In this document: positions 18,532-26,308 of the stretch, in pieces | How positions within the stretch are numbered: position 1 is the stretch's first letter | Layout of the letters: each line of letters opens with the position of its first letter | IMG/VR virus record: IMGVR_UViG_3300028172_000069 | Source of the DNA: a virus | Lineage: Duplodnaviria; Caudoviricetes | Reading direction: 5' to 3' (one strand) | DNA length: 64,000 bases | Program-made: the position numbers and the translations under genes | The notes under the pieces: model-generated | What the model was told of the DNA's origin: nothing | What the model saw: the letters and a program-made list of their open reading frames with translations, nothing else | The model's database searches: none

Positions 18532-18739
18532 TCGCCTGTACCCACACCCAGGGTTCATCGTCTACAAGAACCGCGTAGAGGAGAACCCGCACACGTTCGA
18601 GCCCGAGCTGACCCGTGACATTGTTACTGAGGTTCATGACGAAAATCAGGCCAAGGAAATCGTAGCGCGGGAACGTGCCGCCGATCCCGATGCTGGTGAG
18701 AACTGGATTTATTATGAACCGGGAACCATCTACGACTAA
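18521..18739 (+). CDS. Hypothetical protein
   Basis: 72 aa; GGAG RBS. Confidence 0.6.
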   Translation: MPRDRLYPHPGFIVYKNRVEENPHTFEPELTRDIVTEVHDENQAKEIVARERAADPDAGENWIYYEPGTIYD

Positions 18740-18986
18740 GCGCCGCAAGCGTAAGCCCAAGGTGCGCGAGCCAATTCCGCAGAGCGTTTTCTACTACCCA
18801 GACATTGGTGAGTACGGCCGCACATCGGTGACGTCCTACCACGAAGTGAAATACTTCATCGACTGGGGACCCAACCCGAAGTGTACGGTGCACGGCCGCT
18901 TTCTTCCCGAGCATGACCTCTGGACGCGGTTAGACGACGACATGGACCAACAGGAAGACGAAGATGACCGAGACGAAGAAGATTAA
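18714..18986 (+). CDS. Hypothetical protein (basic N-terminus, acidic C-terminus)
   Basis: Start assumed at ATG 18714. Confidence 0.55.
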   Translation: MNREPSTTKRRKRKPKVREPIPQSVFYYPDIGEYGRTSVTSYHEVKYFIDWGPNPKCTVHGRFLPEHDLWTRLDDDMDQQEDEDDRDEED

Positions 18987-19989
18987 TCTGTGGGTGCCCG
19001 GTATGGGTACCATCTGGGAGCACCACAAGAACGGTATCGAGTACGAGGTGTACGACGTTACCAACGAAGATGCCGACGAGGAGCGTACGGACTATCGCAC
19101 CACCGTATCCTACATCGGACCTAATGGGAAGAAGTGGAGCAAGTCGCTTGAGCGCTTCCACGAGACCATGCTGTTCACTGGTAAGCATGCCGAGTACCCG
19201 ACCAAGGTTGTAGTCGGTCGTCCGGGTGTCAACCCTGGTCACTTCACGGTGCCGAAGTTCGAGGTTGTCTTCGATCCGAAGTTCGAGCCCGACGGTCCTG
19301 GTCTGTTCTACTACGTCAACTACAAAGAGTACAACGGCAAGACCACGATGCTCGAAGAAATCACCCAGCGCATTCGGGTGATGCTGCATGGCGTACCTCA
19401 GGAGCCGATCGCAGGCACGCGCACTGGCGACAACTTCAATGCCATGCAGGAGTACACAACGTTCGGGCATGTGTCCCAGTGCGAGCGCGACGAAATTGAC
19501 GCTCGTGGTCTGTGCTACATCGGGCAAGTGGGTAGCCCGTACGGTGTCGTGTGCTGGGGCCATCGCACGGCCAACGACATTCCGGTTCACGAAGCGATGT
19601 TGTACCACAAACTCCTGAAGGTGCTCGACAAGTACAAGGGCGAAATTGTTGACGACCTCCTAGTCCACAAGCTGTACGACGATTTCTACCAAGTGCTGCT
19701 ACGTGCCGTTCAGACACGACTGGTTTACGCACGTCAAGCGGGTGACGCTGCCCATATGTTGCAAATCATCGGACCTTCTGGCGATGACGACGCACGTATC
19801 ATCATGTTCCGCATTCCGTTCATCATGCACCCGCAGCCACGTCTAATGGAAGTGAGGATCGGCACCAACACGATCACCGCGTCGCTTGACGGTCGCATGG
19901 CACAAGCTCTGGGTGCGCTGTACCCGAACGATAACCTTGTGGGTGTAGTTCCACAGCCGAAGAAATCCATTGGCATGGAGGCAGAGTAA
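18964..19989 (+). CDS. Hypothetical protein with N-terminal DUF1653-like domain
   Basis: GTIWEHHKNGIEYEV......TVSY....GKKWSKSLERF pattern. Confidence 0.55.
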   Translation: MTETKKINLWVPGMGTIWEHHKNGIEYEVYDVTNEDADEERTDYRTTVSYIGPNGKKWSKSLERFHETMLFTGKHAEYPTKVVVGRPGVNPGHFTVPKFEVVFDPKFEPDGPGLFYYVNYKEYNGKTTMLEEITQRIRVMLHGVPQEPIAGTRTGDNFNAMQEYTTFGHVSQCERDEIDARGLCYIGQVGSPYGVVCWGHRTANDIPVHEAMLYHKLLKVLDKYKGEIVDDLLVHKLYDDFYQVLLRAVQTRLVYARQAGDAAHMLQIIGPSGDDDARIIMFRIPFIMHPQPRLMEVRIGTNTITASLDGRMAQALGALYPNDNLVGVVPQPKKSIGMEAE

Positions 19990-20435
19990 TGCAGCAAGGA
20001 AACCTGAACGTCACCATTCCGCAGGTCACGGTGCTGATCGACGAACAGGTCGACACCTTCTACCTACAGCCACTGGATGCCATCACGTTCCGCGAGATTG
20101 AGATTGCGCTGAACGCCAACATCGAGAAAGCGTTCGCCTACGGCTTTACGGTCACGGCTAATCCAGCGCAGGCTGCCGATGGCATCGTGATGATCGAGTA
20201 CACGCATCAGGGTACCCAGCACACTTACCGCTGCGAAGCCAAGTCGTTGAAGCTGCGTGCCGAGGAAGTGCTGCGGGCCAAGATCAACCTGGCCGCTGCT
20301 GCTGTGGAAGCTGCCCTCGAAGCGCTCAAGTCGTCACCGTCTGACGGCCGCCTGATCAACGTCGGGCGCACGCAAATCCAAAGCGGATTCATGGCACTGC
20401 GCCGCTCCATCGAACCGAACCCGGAGGCAATATGA
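19989..20435 (+). CDS. Acb2/Vs.4-like nucleotide-sponge domain fused to an N-terminal ~85 aa domain
   Basis: C-terminal DGRLINVGRTQIQSGFMALRRSIEP aligns with Acb2 [26 protein letters not shown] (recalled). Confidence 0.68.
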   Translation: MQQGNLNVTIPQVTVLIDEQVDTFYLQPLDAITFREIEIALNANIEKAFAYGFTVTANPAQAADGIVMIEYTHQGTQHTYRCEAKSLKLRAEEVLRAKINLAAAAVEAALEALKSSPSDGRLINVGRTQIQSGFMALRRSIEPNPEAI

Positions 20436-21052
20436 AGACGCTGGCCGAGTTCACCTCGCGCAATATCATCAAGGACAAGACTGCTGTAGAAGGCGGTTGG
20501 GTCAACAACTCGAAAGACAGCGGCGGTGAGACCAATCATGGCATCACGGCTGCGCTGGCGAATGACTATCGCACCAAGCTGGTATCCATGTTCAAGTGGG
20601 ACGGCACGATGAAGAACCTGAGCATCGACATGGCCTACTGGCTGTACGAGACTCACTTCTGGAATCGCCTGTATGCTGACGATCTGCTCAAGCGTCATCC
20701 TCTGTTTGCCGACAAGCTGTTCGACATGGCGATCAACATGGGTGTGACCACTGCCGGTTCGTATTTCCAGCAGGTGCTCAATGCCAACAACAACCAGGGT
20801 ACGCTGTACGCCGACCTGAAAGTCGATGGCTGGATCGGCCCAACCACGCTCAAAGCGCTCGACGCCTACATCAGCAAACGCGGCGTTGAAGGCATCAACC
20901 GTGCGCTGTGTGCGCTACTCGCTGAGCAAGGTCACCACTACCTGCAACTCGTCCAGAAGCGTGCTAAGGACGAGGAGTTCTACTACGGCTGGGCTGGTCG
21001 TGTTAGCCGTGACATGGGCATCTACATCAACGTGCTGGGAATCAAGGCATGA
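20432..21052 (+). CDS. Endolysin, glycoside hydrolase family 108 with PG-binding-3 domain
   Basis: EGGWVNNSKDSGGETNHGIT catalytic motif; LFDMAINMG, VDGWIGPTTL and FYYGW motifs. Confidence 0.9.
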   Translation: MKTLAEFTSRNIIKDKTAVEGGWVNNSKDSGGETNHGITAALANDYRTKLVSMFKWDGTMKNLSIDMAYWLYETHFWNRLYADDLLKRHPLFADKLFDMAINMGVTTAGSYFQQVLNANNNQGTLYADLKVDGWIGPTTLKALDAYISKRGVEGINRALCALLAEQGHHYLQLVQKRAKDEEFYYGWAGRVSRDMGIYINVLGIKA

Positions 21053-21504
21053 ACAGACCAAAGAAAAGTACCACGTGGAAAACCCCAGAGGGTGTGATGC
21101 TCGTGGTTGTTGGTATCATGGAGCACACCGACGTATTCCAGCCAGAGCACAACATCACCTTCGTGAACGTGCTGTATCTCAACGCGCCTGAAGACTTCCG
21201 CGCATCTGAGCTGATTTCCTTGCGCACGTTCAACGAGCACATGACCCAGGTTGGTTTGATGCTCGACGAAGGTAAGCGCCCGCGTCACCCATGGGAAGTC
21301 TATCTGGCGGATCGCGCAGATGGTTGCAAGGGTCACTTCGCCATCGCACGCTGGCACCCCAACGGGTATCAAGAAGTCTGGAACCTGCGCAAGCACACGT
21401 GGGGCGCATTCAGTGACGACGTCCTGACTCTGGAAGAAGCTGAGAAGATGCTCCAGTCAATCAGCTTCCATCCAATGACGCCCAGCATTCGGAGCCCGGT
21501 ATGA
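21049..21504 (+). CDS. Hypothetical protein
   Basis: 151 aa; ATGA overlap. Confidence 0.65.
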   Translation: MNRPKKSTTWKTPEGVMLVVVGIMEHTDVFQPEHNITFVNVLYLNAPEDFRASELISLRTFNEHMTQVGLMLDEGKRPRHPWEVYLADRADGCKGHFAIARWHPNGYQEVWNLRKHTWGAFSDDVLTLEEAEKMLQSISFHPMTPSIRSPV

Positions 21505-22334
21505 ATAATTTCCCAGAAGACACGGTGAAGTACCGTATCCAGATCATCTGCAACACCTTCTTCGGCCGCCAAGTGTCGCCGGATTTGGCGCAAGTGATTC
21601 AAGACACCCTCAATCAAGACGTACCGCCGTACTGCGCTGAGGACTTCAAGGTCCAGATCAAGATGCGCGTCGGTGTATACATTCGTGTCGATTGCTCCGT
21701 GCGCGGTGAAGAGCACTCGTATGACATTTACCCAGAGCAGCAGGACGAAATGCCTCACCTGCCGCCGCTGTCGCGTGAAGAATTAGCTGAGAGCGCGCGG
21801 CGCTACGAGCTGGCGCATCCACGCGTTCCAACCAAGCGCATCTTGATCGTTGCCATGAGCGATAACTTCGTCATCGGCAAAGAAGGTAAGCTGCCGTGGC
21901 ATATCCCGAACGACCTGAAGTTCTTCAAAGACCAGACGACTGGTCACCCACTGGTTGTCGGCCGCAAGACGTATCAGAGCATGCCTGACTTCGTGTGGAA
22001 GACGCGCACGCCGCACATCTTGACCCGCGACCCGCATAACTTCGAAGGTCCAAACTGTCCGTACCACGCTAGCGACTCACTGGGCTCGCTCGTACACTGC
22101 GCGGGTGAGAACTTCCGTACGGGCAAGGTGTTCATTGCTGGTGGTGCCGAAGTCTATCGCCAAGCACTTGACCAAGACCTGGTTGACGAAATGTTGGTCA
22201 CCCACGTTAAGGGTGTCTGGGCCGGCGACACCTTCTTCGAGTTCGTTCCTGGCTTCGGTCCAGGTGAAGTCGTGCTGGAAGACCCAGAGTTCACCGTCTC
22301 GCGCTACACGCGCTATGTCAAATTGGAGGCGTGA
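21501..22334 (+). CDS. folA: Dihydrofolate reductase with ~110 aa N-terminal extra domain
   Basis: IVAMSDNFVIGKEGKLPWHIPNDLKFFK..T.GHPLVVGRKTYQSM, FIAGGAEVY and GDTFF motifs. Confidence 0.9.
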   Translation: MNNFPEDTVKYRIQIICNTFFGRQVSPDLAQVIQDTLNQDVPPYCAEDFKVQIKMRVGVYIRVDCSVRGEEHSYDIYPEQQDEMPHLPPLSREELAESARRYELAHPRVPTKRILIVAMSDNFVIGKEGKLPWHIPNDLKFFKDQTTGHPLVVGRKTYQSMPDFVWKTRTPHILTRDPHNFEGPNCPYHASDSLGSLVHCAGENFRTGKVFIAGGAEVYRQALDQDLVDEMLVTHVKGVWAGDTFFEFVPGFGPGEVVLEDPEFTVSRYTRYVKLEA

Positions 22335-22810
22335 TGAAACGCGCACGGTACTACACAACCATTCAGGGCAAGCGTGCCACACGACGCATCAAGTGGTTCA
22401 ATCCGAAAGGCATCATCCACGAGAACGGCAAGCAGTACGTCGCCGCATTTGTGCTTGCAACTCTCGGCGAGACGGGCTTGAAGCTGCGCGCTGTCACGTC
22501 TCAGCTGGGCATCGACGGTCGCGGTAAGTGGGTGATTCCAGGCGTCATGGACTGTCCTGAGCCCATGTACACAGCAGCGTACAGTGTCGGCCTCGAAGTG
22601 GGTCGCATGACGCAGGGTGCCGAATACCTCATCAACCAGATGAACGAGCAATTAGAACGAGAGCGTGAGAACATGTGGCGTCCGCCTGTGGGTACACAGC
22701 GCGGTGTCCTGTCGGCGGAGCAAATCACGGCCGTCGAAGATCACGCCATTGAGCATCTGCCCATCAACCGCCTGAACCCGGGTGCAACTTTTCCAAAGCA
22801 GGGAGTCTAA
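22331..22810 (+). CDS. Hypothetical protein
   Basis: 159 aa; GGAGG RBS. Confidence 0.65.
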   Translation: MMKRARYYTTIQGKRATRRIKWFNPKGIIHENGKQYVAAFVLATLGETGLKLRAVTSQLGIDGRGKWVIPGVMDCPEPMYTAAYSVGLEVGRMTQGAEYLINQMNEQLERERENMWRPPVGTQRGVLSAEQITAVEDHAIEHLPINRLNPGATFPKQGV

Positions 22811-22830
22811 CCACAAACCAGAGGTAATCA

Positions 22831-23163
22831 ATGCGCAAATCAATCATGTTTGTTTACGAGGTGTTGGGTGACAGCACCGAGGTGTTCTTCATCCCGGACG
22901 CGGCGAAGCTGCCAAAGCCGGTGATTGACGCAATGAAGACGGCACGCAACACGGTGATGAATCGCGACGACTTGAGTGCACCTCAGACCGACGCGCACGA
23001 AATCATCACATCGGCGGTCAGCGAGGAATCGGCAGTCGAGTACATCGACGAGCCGTATAAAAAGTTTGTAGGTACGCTGCTGCCCTACAAAGTGCGTGGC
23101 TCCACCAGCGCGCTTAACGTGGGTGACAAACTATTCTACTTGCGCTGCGGTTTCGTGGCTTGA
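22831..23163 (+). CDS. Hypothetical protein
   Basis: 110 aa; GAGGT RBS. Confidence 0.7.
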   Translation: MRKSIMFVYEVLGDSTEVFFIPDAAKLPKPVIDAMKTARNTVMNRDDLSAPQTDAHEIITSAVSEESAVEYIDEPYKKFVGTLLPYKVRGSTSALNVGDKLFYLRCGFVA

Positions 23164-23168
23164 CTCAA

Positions 23169-23192
23169 AACAGGGTGCTTCGGCGCCCTGTT
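23169..23192 (+). terminator. Probable terminator hairpin
   Basis: AACAGGGTGC-TTCG-GCGCCCTGTT; weak U tract. Confidence 0.6.
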
Positions 23193-23243
23193 GTCGTTTC
23201 TGCGGTCTACGCTGTGCGCAGTCTACAGACCATGGTCGTTCGA

Positions 23244-23360
23244 TACCTGAACTATAAAAAGAACCATTAGAGGTGTTGACTACTGATTTCAGTAATGATA
23301 TACTGTCTGTGACTAGCCGAACCGAGCATGCCACATAGTGGTTACGACTTAGTTTAGGTT
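23244..23360 (+). promoter_or_regulatory. Promoter cassette A: sigma70 promoter, spacer operator and flanking inverted boxes
   Basis: -35 TTGACT 23276-81, 17 bp, -10 TATACT 23299-304; operator TACTGATTTCAGTA 23281-94; boxes 23244-66 and 23339-60. Confidence 0.85.
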
Positions 23361-23399
23361 ACACACTCAAACATGAATAGTTTACAGGATACCACGAAC

Positions 23400-24395
23400 A
23401 TGACCGCTACCAAGACCGTTGCCAAGAAAGCCACCGTTGCTAAAGCCGCCGCTCCTACCGTAGCCCGTAAAGTCACCCGCACCGCAACCACCGAGACCAA
23501 AGCCATGACCAAGCCTGCAAACAAAACCGCCGCCACCAAGACCGTTGCTGCCAAAGTCGTGAGCAAGAAGCCGGTCGTTGCCGCTGCTGCCAAGCCTGCT
23601 GTTAAAGCTCCGGCCAAGCGCACCAAGAAAGTTGCGCGCAAGCCGAAGGTCGTCAAGTACGCCAAGCGCGTGATCGACGTTGCAGCCTTCGCCACCAGCA
23701 AGCGCATTGTTAGCGACCTGCTGGTCACCAAGCTGACCGAAGCTGATGACCTGATCATCACTCGCGAAGGTCAACCTGAAGGCAAGAAGCTGGTAGGCAA
23801 AGCGCTGTGGGTTCAACTCGGCGAGAAGAAAGTCGAGAACTACGGCGTTGTGTCCGATGTGATCGTTTCCGTCGGCATTGACGGCAACAAGATTGTTTAC
23901 TTCCTCGAGGCCGTCTGCGGTGATACCACCTTCCCGCTGCACGCCATCGACAAGGTCGGTGCCAAGTTCATCGTTGACCTGAAAGCGACCATGCCTACTC
24001 GCGCCAACATCGAGCTGATCGGCGTGGACGAAATCATGGGCAGCAAGCGCCCAGGTCGTGCACCTGCAAACACCAACGCTGGCAAGCGCGCTGCTCGCGT
24101 AACCCGCGCTGCCCGCGCTGCCGCTGTCAAAGCCGAAGCTGCTGCCGAAAAGGCGCCTCTGGTTGTTGGCAAGGACGAAATGAAACCAGGTGCTTACACC
24201 AAGGGTGCGTCGATCATCATTGACCCGACCATCAAAGGCGACAAGATCGCCAAGGTGTTCATCAAGACCCTGGGCCGTGGCACCAAGAAAGACCCAGTGC
24301 GCCGTGTTCGCCACGTCCACACTGTCAAAGGTCAAATCTGCCCGCTGAACGAACTGCGTGCGCACCGTGGCGGCTTCAAAGCCATCGACCTGTAA
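23400..24395 (+). CDS. Hypothetical protein with histone-H1/AlgP-like Ala/Lys/Thr-rich N-terminus
   Basis: TKTVAKKATVAKAAAP...KPAVKAPAK; start at CGAAC-ATG 23400 (alternative 23373). Confidence 0.7.
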   Translation: MTATKTVAKKATVAKAAAPTVARKVTRTATTETKAMTKPANKTAATKTVAAKVVSKKPVVAAAAKPAVKAPAKRTKKVARKPKVVKYAKRVIDVAAFATSKRIVSDLLVTKLTEADDLIITREGQPEGKKLVGKALWVQLGEKKVENYGVVSDVIVSVGIDGNKIVYFLEAVCGDTTFPLHAIDKVGAKFIVDLKATMPTRANIELIGVDEIMGSKRPGRAPANTNAGKRAARVTRAARAAAVKAEAAAEKAPLVVGKDEMKPGAYTKGASIIIDPTIKGDKIAKVFIKTLGRGTKKDPVRRVRHVHTVKGQICPLNELRAHRGGFKAIDL

Positions 24396-24409
24396 ACTCC
24401 GTACAACTC

Positions 24410-24429
24410 GGAGCGGGACGTCCCGCTCC
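24410..24429. repeat. Perfect 20-bp palindrome
   Basis: GGAGCGGGACGTCCCGCTCC, intergenic. Confidence 0.85.
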
Positions 24430-24447
24430 ACATAGGACACCTCGAAC

Positions 24448-25407
24448 ATGATTATCGAAAACTCTTTCACTGCATACGCCGACTCCGCAGTAGCCCGTAC
24501 CAAACGCGGCTTCACCACTGCATCCAAAATCACTGGCCTCGCCATCCGCTCTGACCTGCGCAAGCTGGAAGAAGCTGAGACCAAAGCGACCATCAAAGCT
24601 CTGGCTAAGGCAAGCAGCGTCAAGACCTTGAGTGGTGGCAGCAAACTCGACGTGAAGCCTGCAGAGGCTAAACCCGCCAACCACGCCATCCGACTGTCTG
24701 GTTACTACGTCTGCCGCCAGCGCCAGCGGAACGTGCTCGAAATCATGCAGGGCCCATACGCATCGTACGGGCAAGCTCAAACTGCCTCGCGTCGCTACCT
24801 GACCAAGACGCAGGACGACCCTCGCAAGATCGAGATACTGCGTGGCATCACGCTCCGCTCTCGTACCACGAAGTTTGCAGCCAACTTTGTCGAGGCGGTT
24901 GTTCGCAACGTCGCACACGCGCACCCGCTGCCGAAGATCGCCACTGCGGACGAGAAGGCACGCATTGCCAAGCAGCGTGAACTCGCCAAACAGCGCATTG
25001 CCAAGCGCAGAGCTGAGGACCTGATCCGCAGCCTGGGTAGCCCTGACTACTCCAAACTGTTCGTTGTGGACGACAAGCGCAAGCGCATCATCCACGGCCC
25101 GTTCGGTAAGCACGCTGATGCTGTCAAGGCCGCTGCCGGTTTGAAGAACGTGGTGATCCTCTCTGGTCGCCAATGCAACAACGAAAGCCTGAAGTACGCA
25201 TCCGACTTCAAGGCAAACAAGGAGTACAAACTCACGGTCGGCATGTTTGCCGTCGGTGTTACCGTGAAGCTCAACGGTAAGAAGGTGAAGATTACCGCCT
25301 TCGACAAAACCCACAAGATCGTGCGTACTGGTTGGGGTGATTTCTTCATGGTCGATTGCACTTATGACCTAAAGACCCGTACCATCATCGCACCAACCCA
25401 AAAGTAA
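24448..25407 (+). CDS. Hypothetical basic protein
   Basis: 319 aa, Lys/Arg-rich; CGAAC-ATG start. Confidence 0.7.
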   Translation: MIIENSFTAYADSAVARTKRGFTTASKITGLAIRSDLRKLEEAETKATIKALAKASSVKTLSGGSKLDVKPAEAKPANHAIRLSGYYVCRQRQRNVLEIMQGPYASYGQAQTASRRYLTKTQDDPRKIEILRGITLRSRTTKFAANFVEAVVRNVAHAHPLPKIATADEKARIAKQRELAKQRIAKRRAEDLIRSLGSPDYSKLFVVDDKRKRIIHGPFGKHADAVKAAAGLKNVVILSGRQCNNESLKYASDFKANKEYKLTVGMFAVGVTVKLNGKKVKITAFDKTHKIVRTGWGDFFMVDCTYDLKTRTIIAPTQK

Positions 25408-25416
25408 GGAGTACCC

Positions 25417-25686
25417 ATGGCCGCAATCATCGCAGCACAACAACTCGCCAGAGCAATCAAAGCTGCCGCCAAGGCACGCGAGGAGAGCTTTGACTCGGAA
25501 GCCGCCGACGCCGCAGTCGAGGCGCAGGGTAGCAAGTTCCCACCTGTCAACTCCGAACAGTTCTACACGCTCACCATCCTGCAGGCGTGCGAGAAAGTTT
25601 GCGCACCTGATCTGGTTGAACCCGTTCGCATCATGCTGACCACGGCGTGGAACGACAGCCAGATGTGGGCAGACAACATCAAGTAA
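25417..25686 (+). CDS. Hypothetical protein
   Basis: 89 aa; AAGGAG RBS. Confidence 0.7.
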   Translation: MAAIIAAQQLARAIKAAAKAREESFDSEAADAAVEAQGSKFPPVNSEQFYTLTILQACEKVCAPDLVEPVRIMLTTAWNDSQMWADNIK

Positions 25687-25692
25687 CGCTGA

Positions 25693-25724
25693 ACGGGACG
25701 TCTGCCTTAGTGTAAACGTCCCGT
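25693..25724. repeat. Inverted repeat ACGGGACGT-N14-ACGTCCCGT
   Basis: 9-bp perfect arms, same core as the 24410 palindrome; loop contains TGTAAA. Confidence 0.75.
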
Positions 25725-25745
25725 ACTACCTTCCAAGGAACTGCC

Positions 25746-25904
25746 ATGCGCAAGCAAACTCCGATACTGCCAATCGCGCCAGGCCCTGTGCGTATTCTCC
25801 CAATGCCGGAACCCTGGCCGTACATTCACCAGAAGCATCCGATCGAACCTGCTGTCTGCCCAATCTGCGAACACGAACAAGGAAAGCGCAAATGCCAGCC
25901 ATGA
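25746..25904 (+). CDS. Small Pro-rich CxxC protein (52 aa, not in ORF track)
   Basis: MRKQTPILPIAPGP...AVCPICEHEQGKRKCQP; AAGGA RBS. Confidence 0.55.
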   Translation: MRKQTPILPIAPGPVRILPMPEPWPYIHQKHPIEPAVCPICEHEQGKRKCQP

Positions 25905-26308
25905 GAAAGAAGAAAGATACCTTTACTCAGACCCAACCAGAGAGTCTGGCAGACTTCCCAGAGCTGAGCATCTACGCCGAGGCTGGGCAGCGCGCAGAAG
26001 CCCATCGCCAACACCTGATCACGCTCAAAGGCAAGTGGGGCTTTGCCGAAATCGACTTCGACACCTCCACGTTGTTTACCAACGGCGAGTGCGAACGACT
26101 GGTCCTGCGCGTTGACCACGACGAACACTTCAATGTGGTGTATCAGGCTGCCGAACAATACGAACTGCCTCGCCGTGAAGTTGGCAGCGACTGGTGCGAC
26201 TCGCCCGCGAAAGCCCTCAGCCAACTCGTCAAGAAGTTGGAGGCCGAACGCAAGGCTTACGAGAAATCGTTGACCGTCAAGAAAGCCACCAAGCCGAGGA
26301 AGTCATGA
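25892..26308 (+). CDS. Hypothetical protein
   Basis: 138 aa; start 25892 or 25901. Confidence 0.65.
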   Translation: MPAMRKKKDTFTQTQPESLADFPELSIYAEAGQRAEAHRQHLITLKGKWGFAEIDFDTSTLFTNGECERLVLRVDHDEHFNVVYQAAEQYELPRREVGSDWCDSPAKALSQLVKKLEAERKAYEKSLTVKKATKPRKS

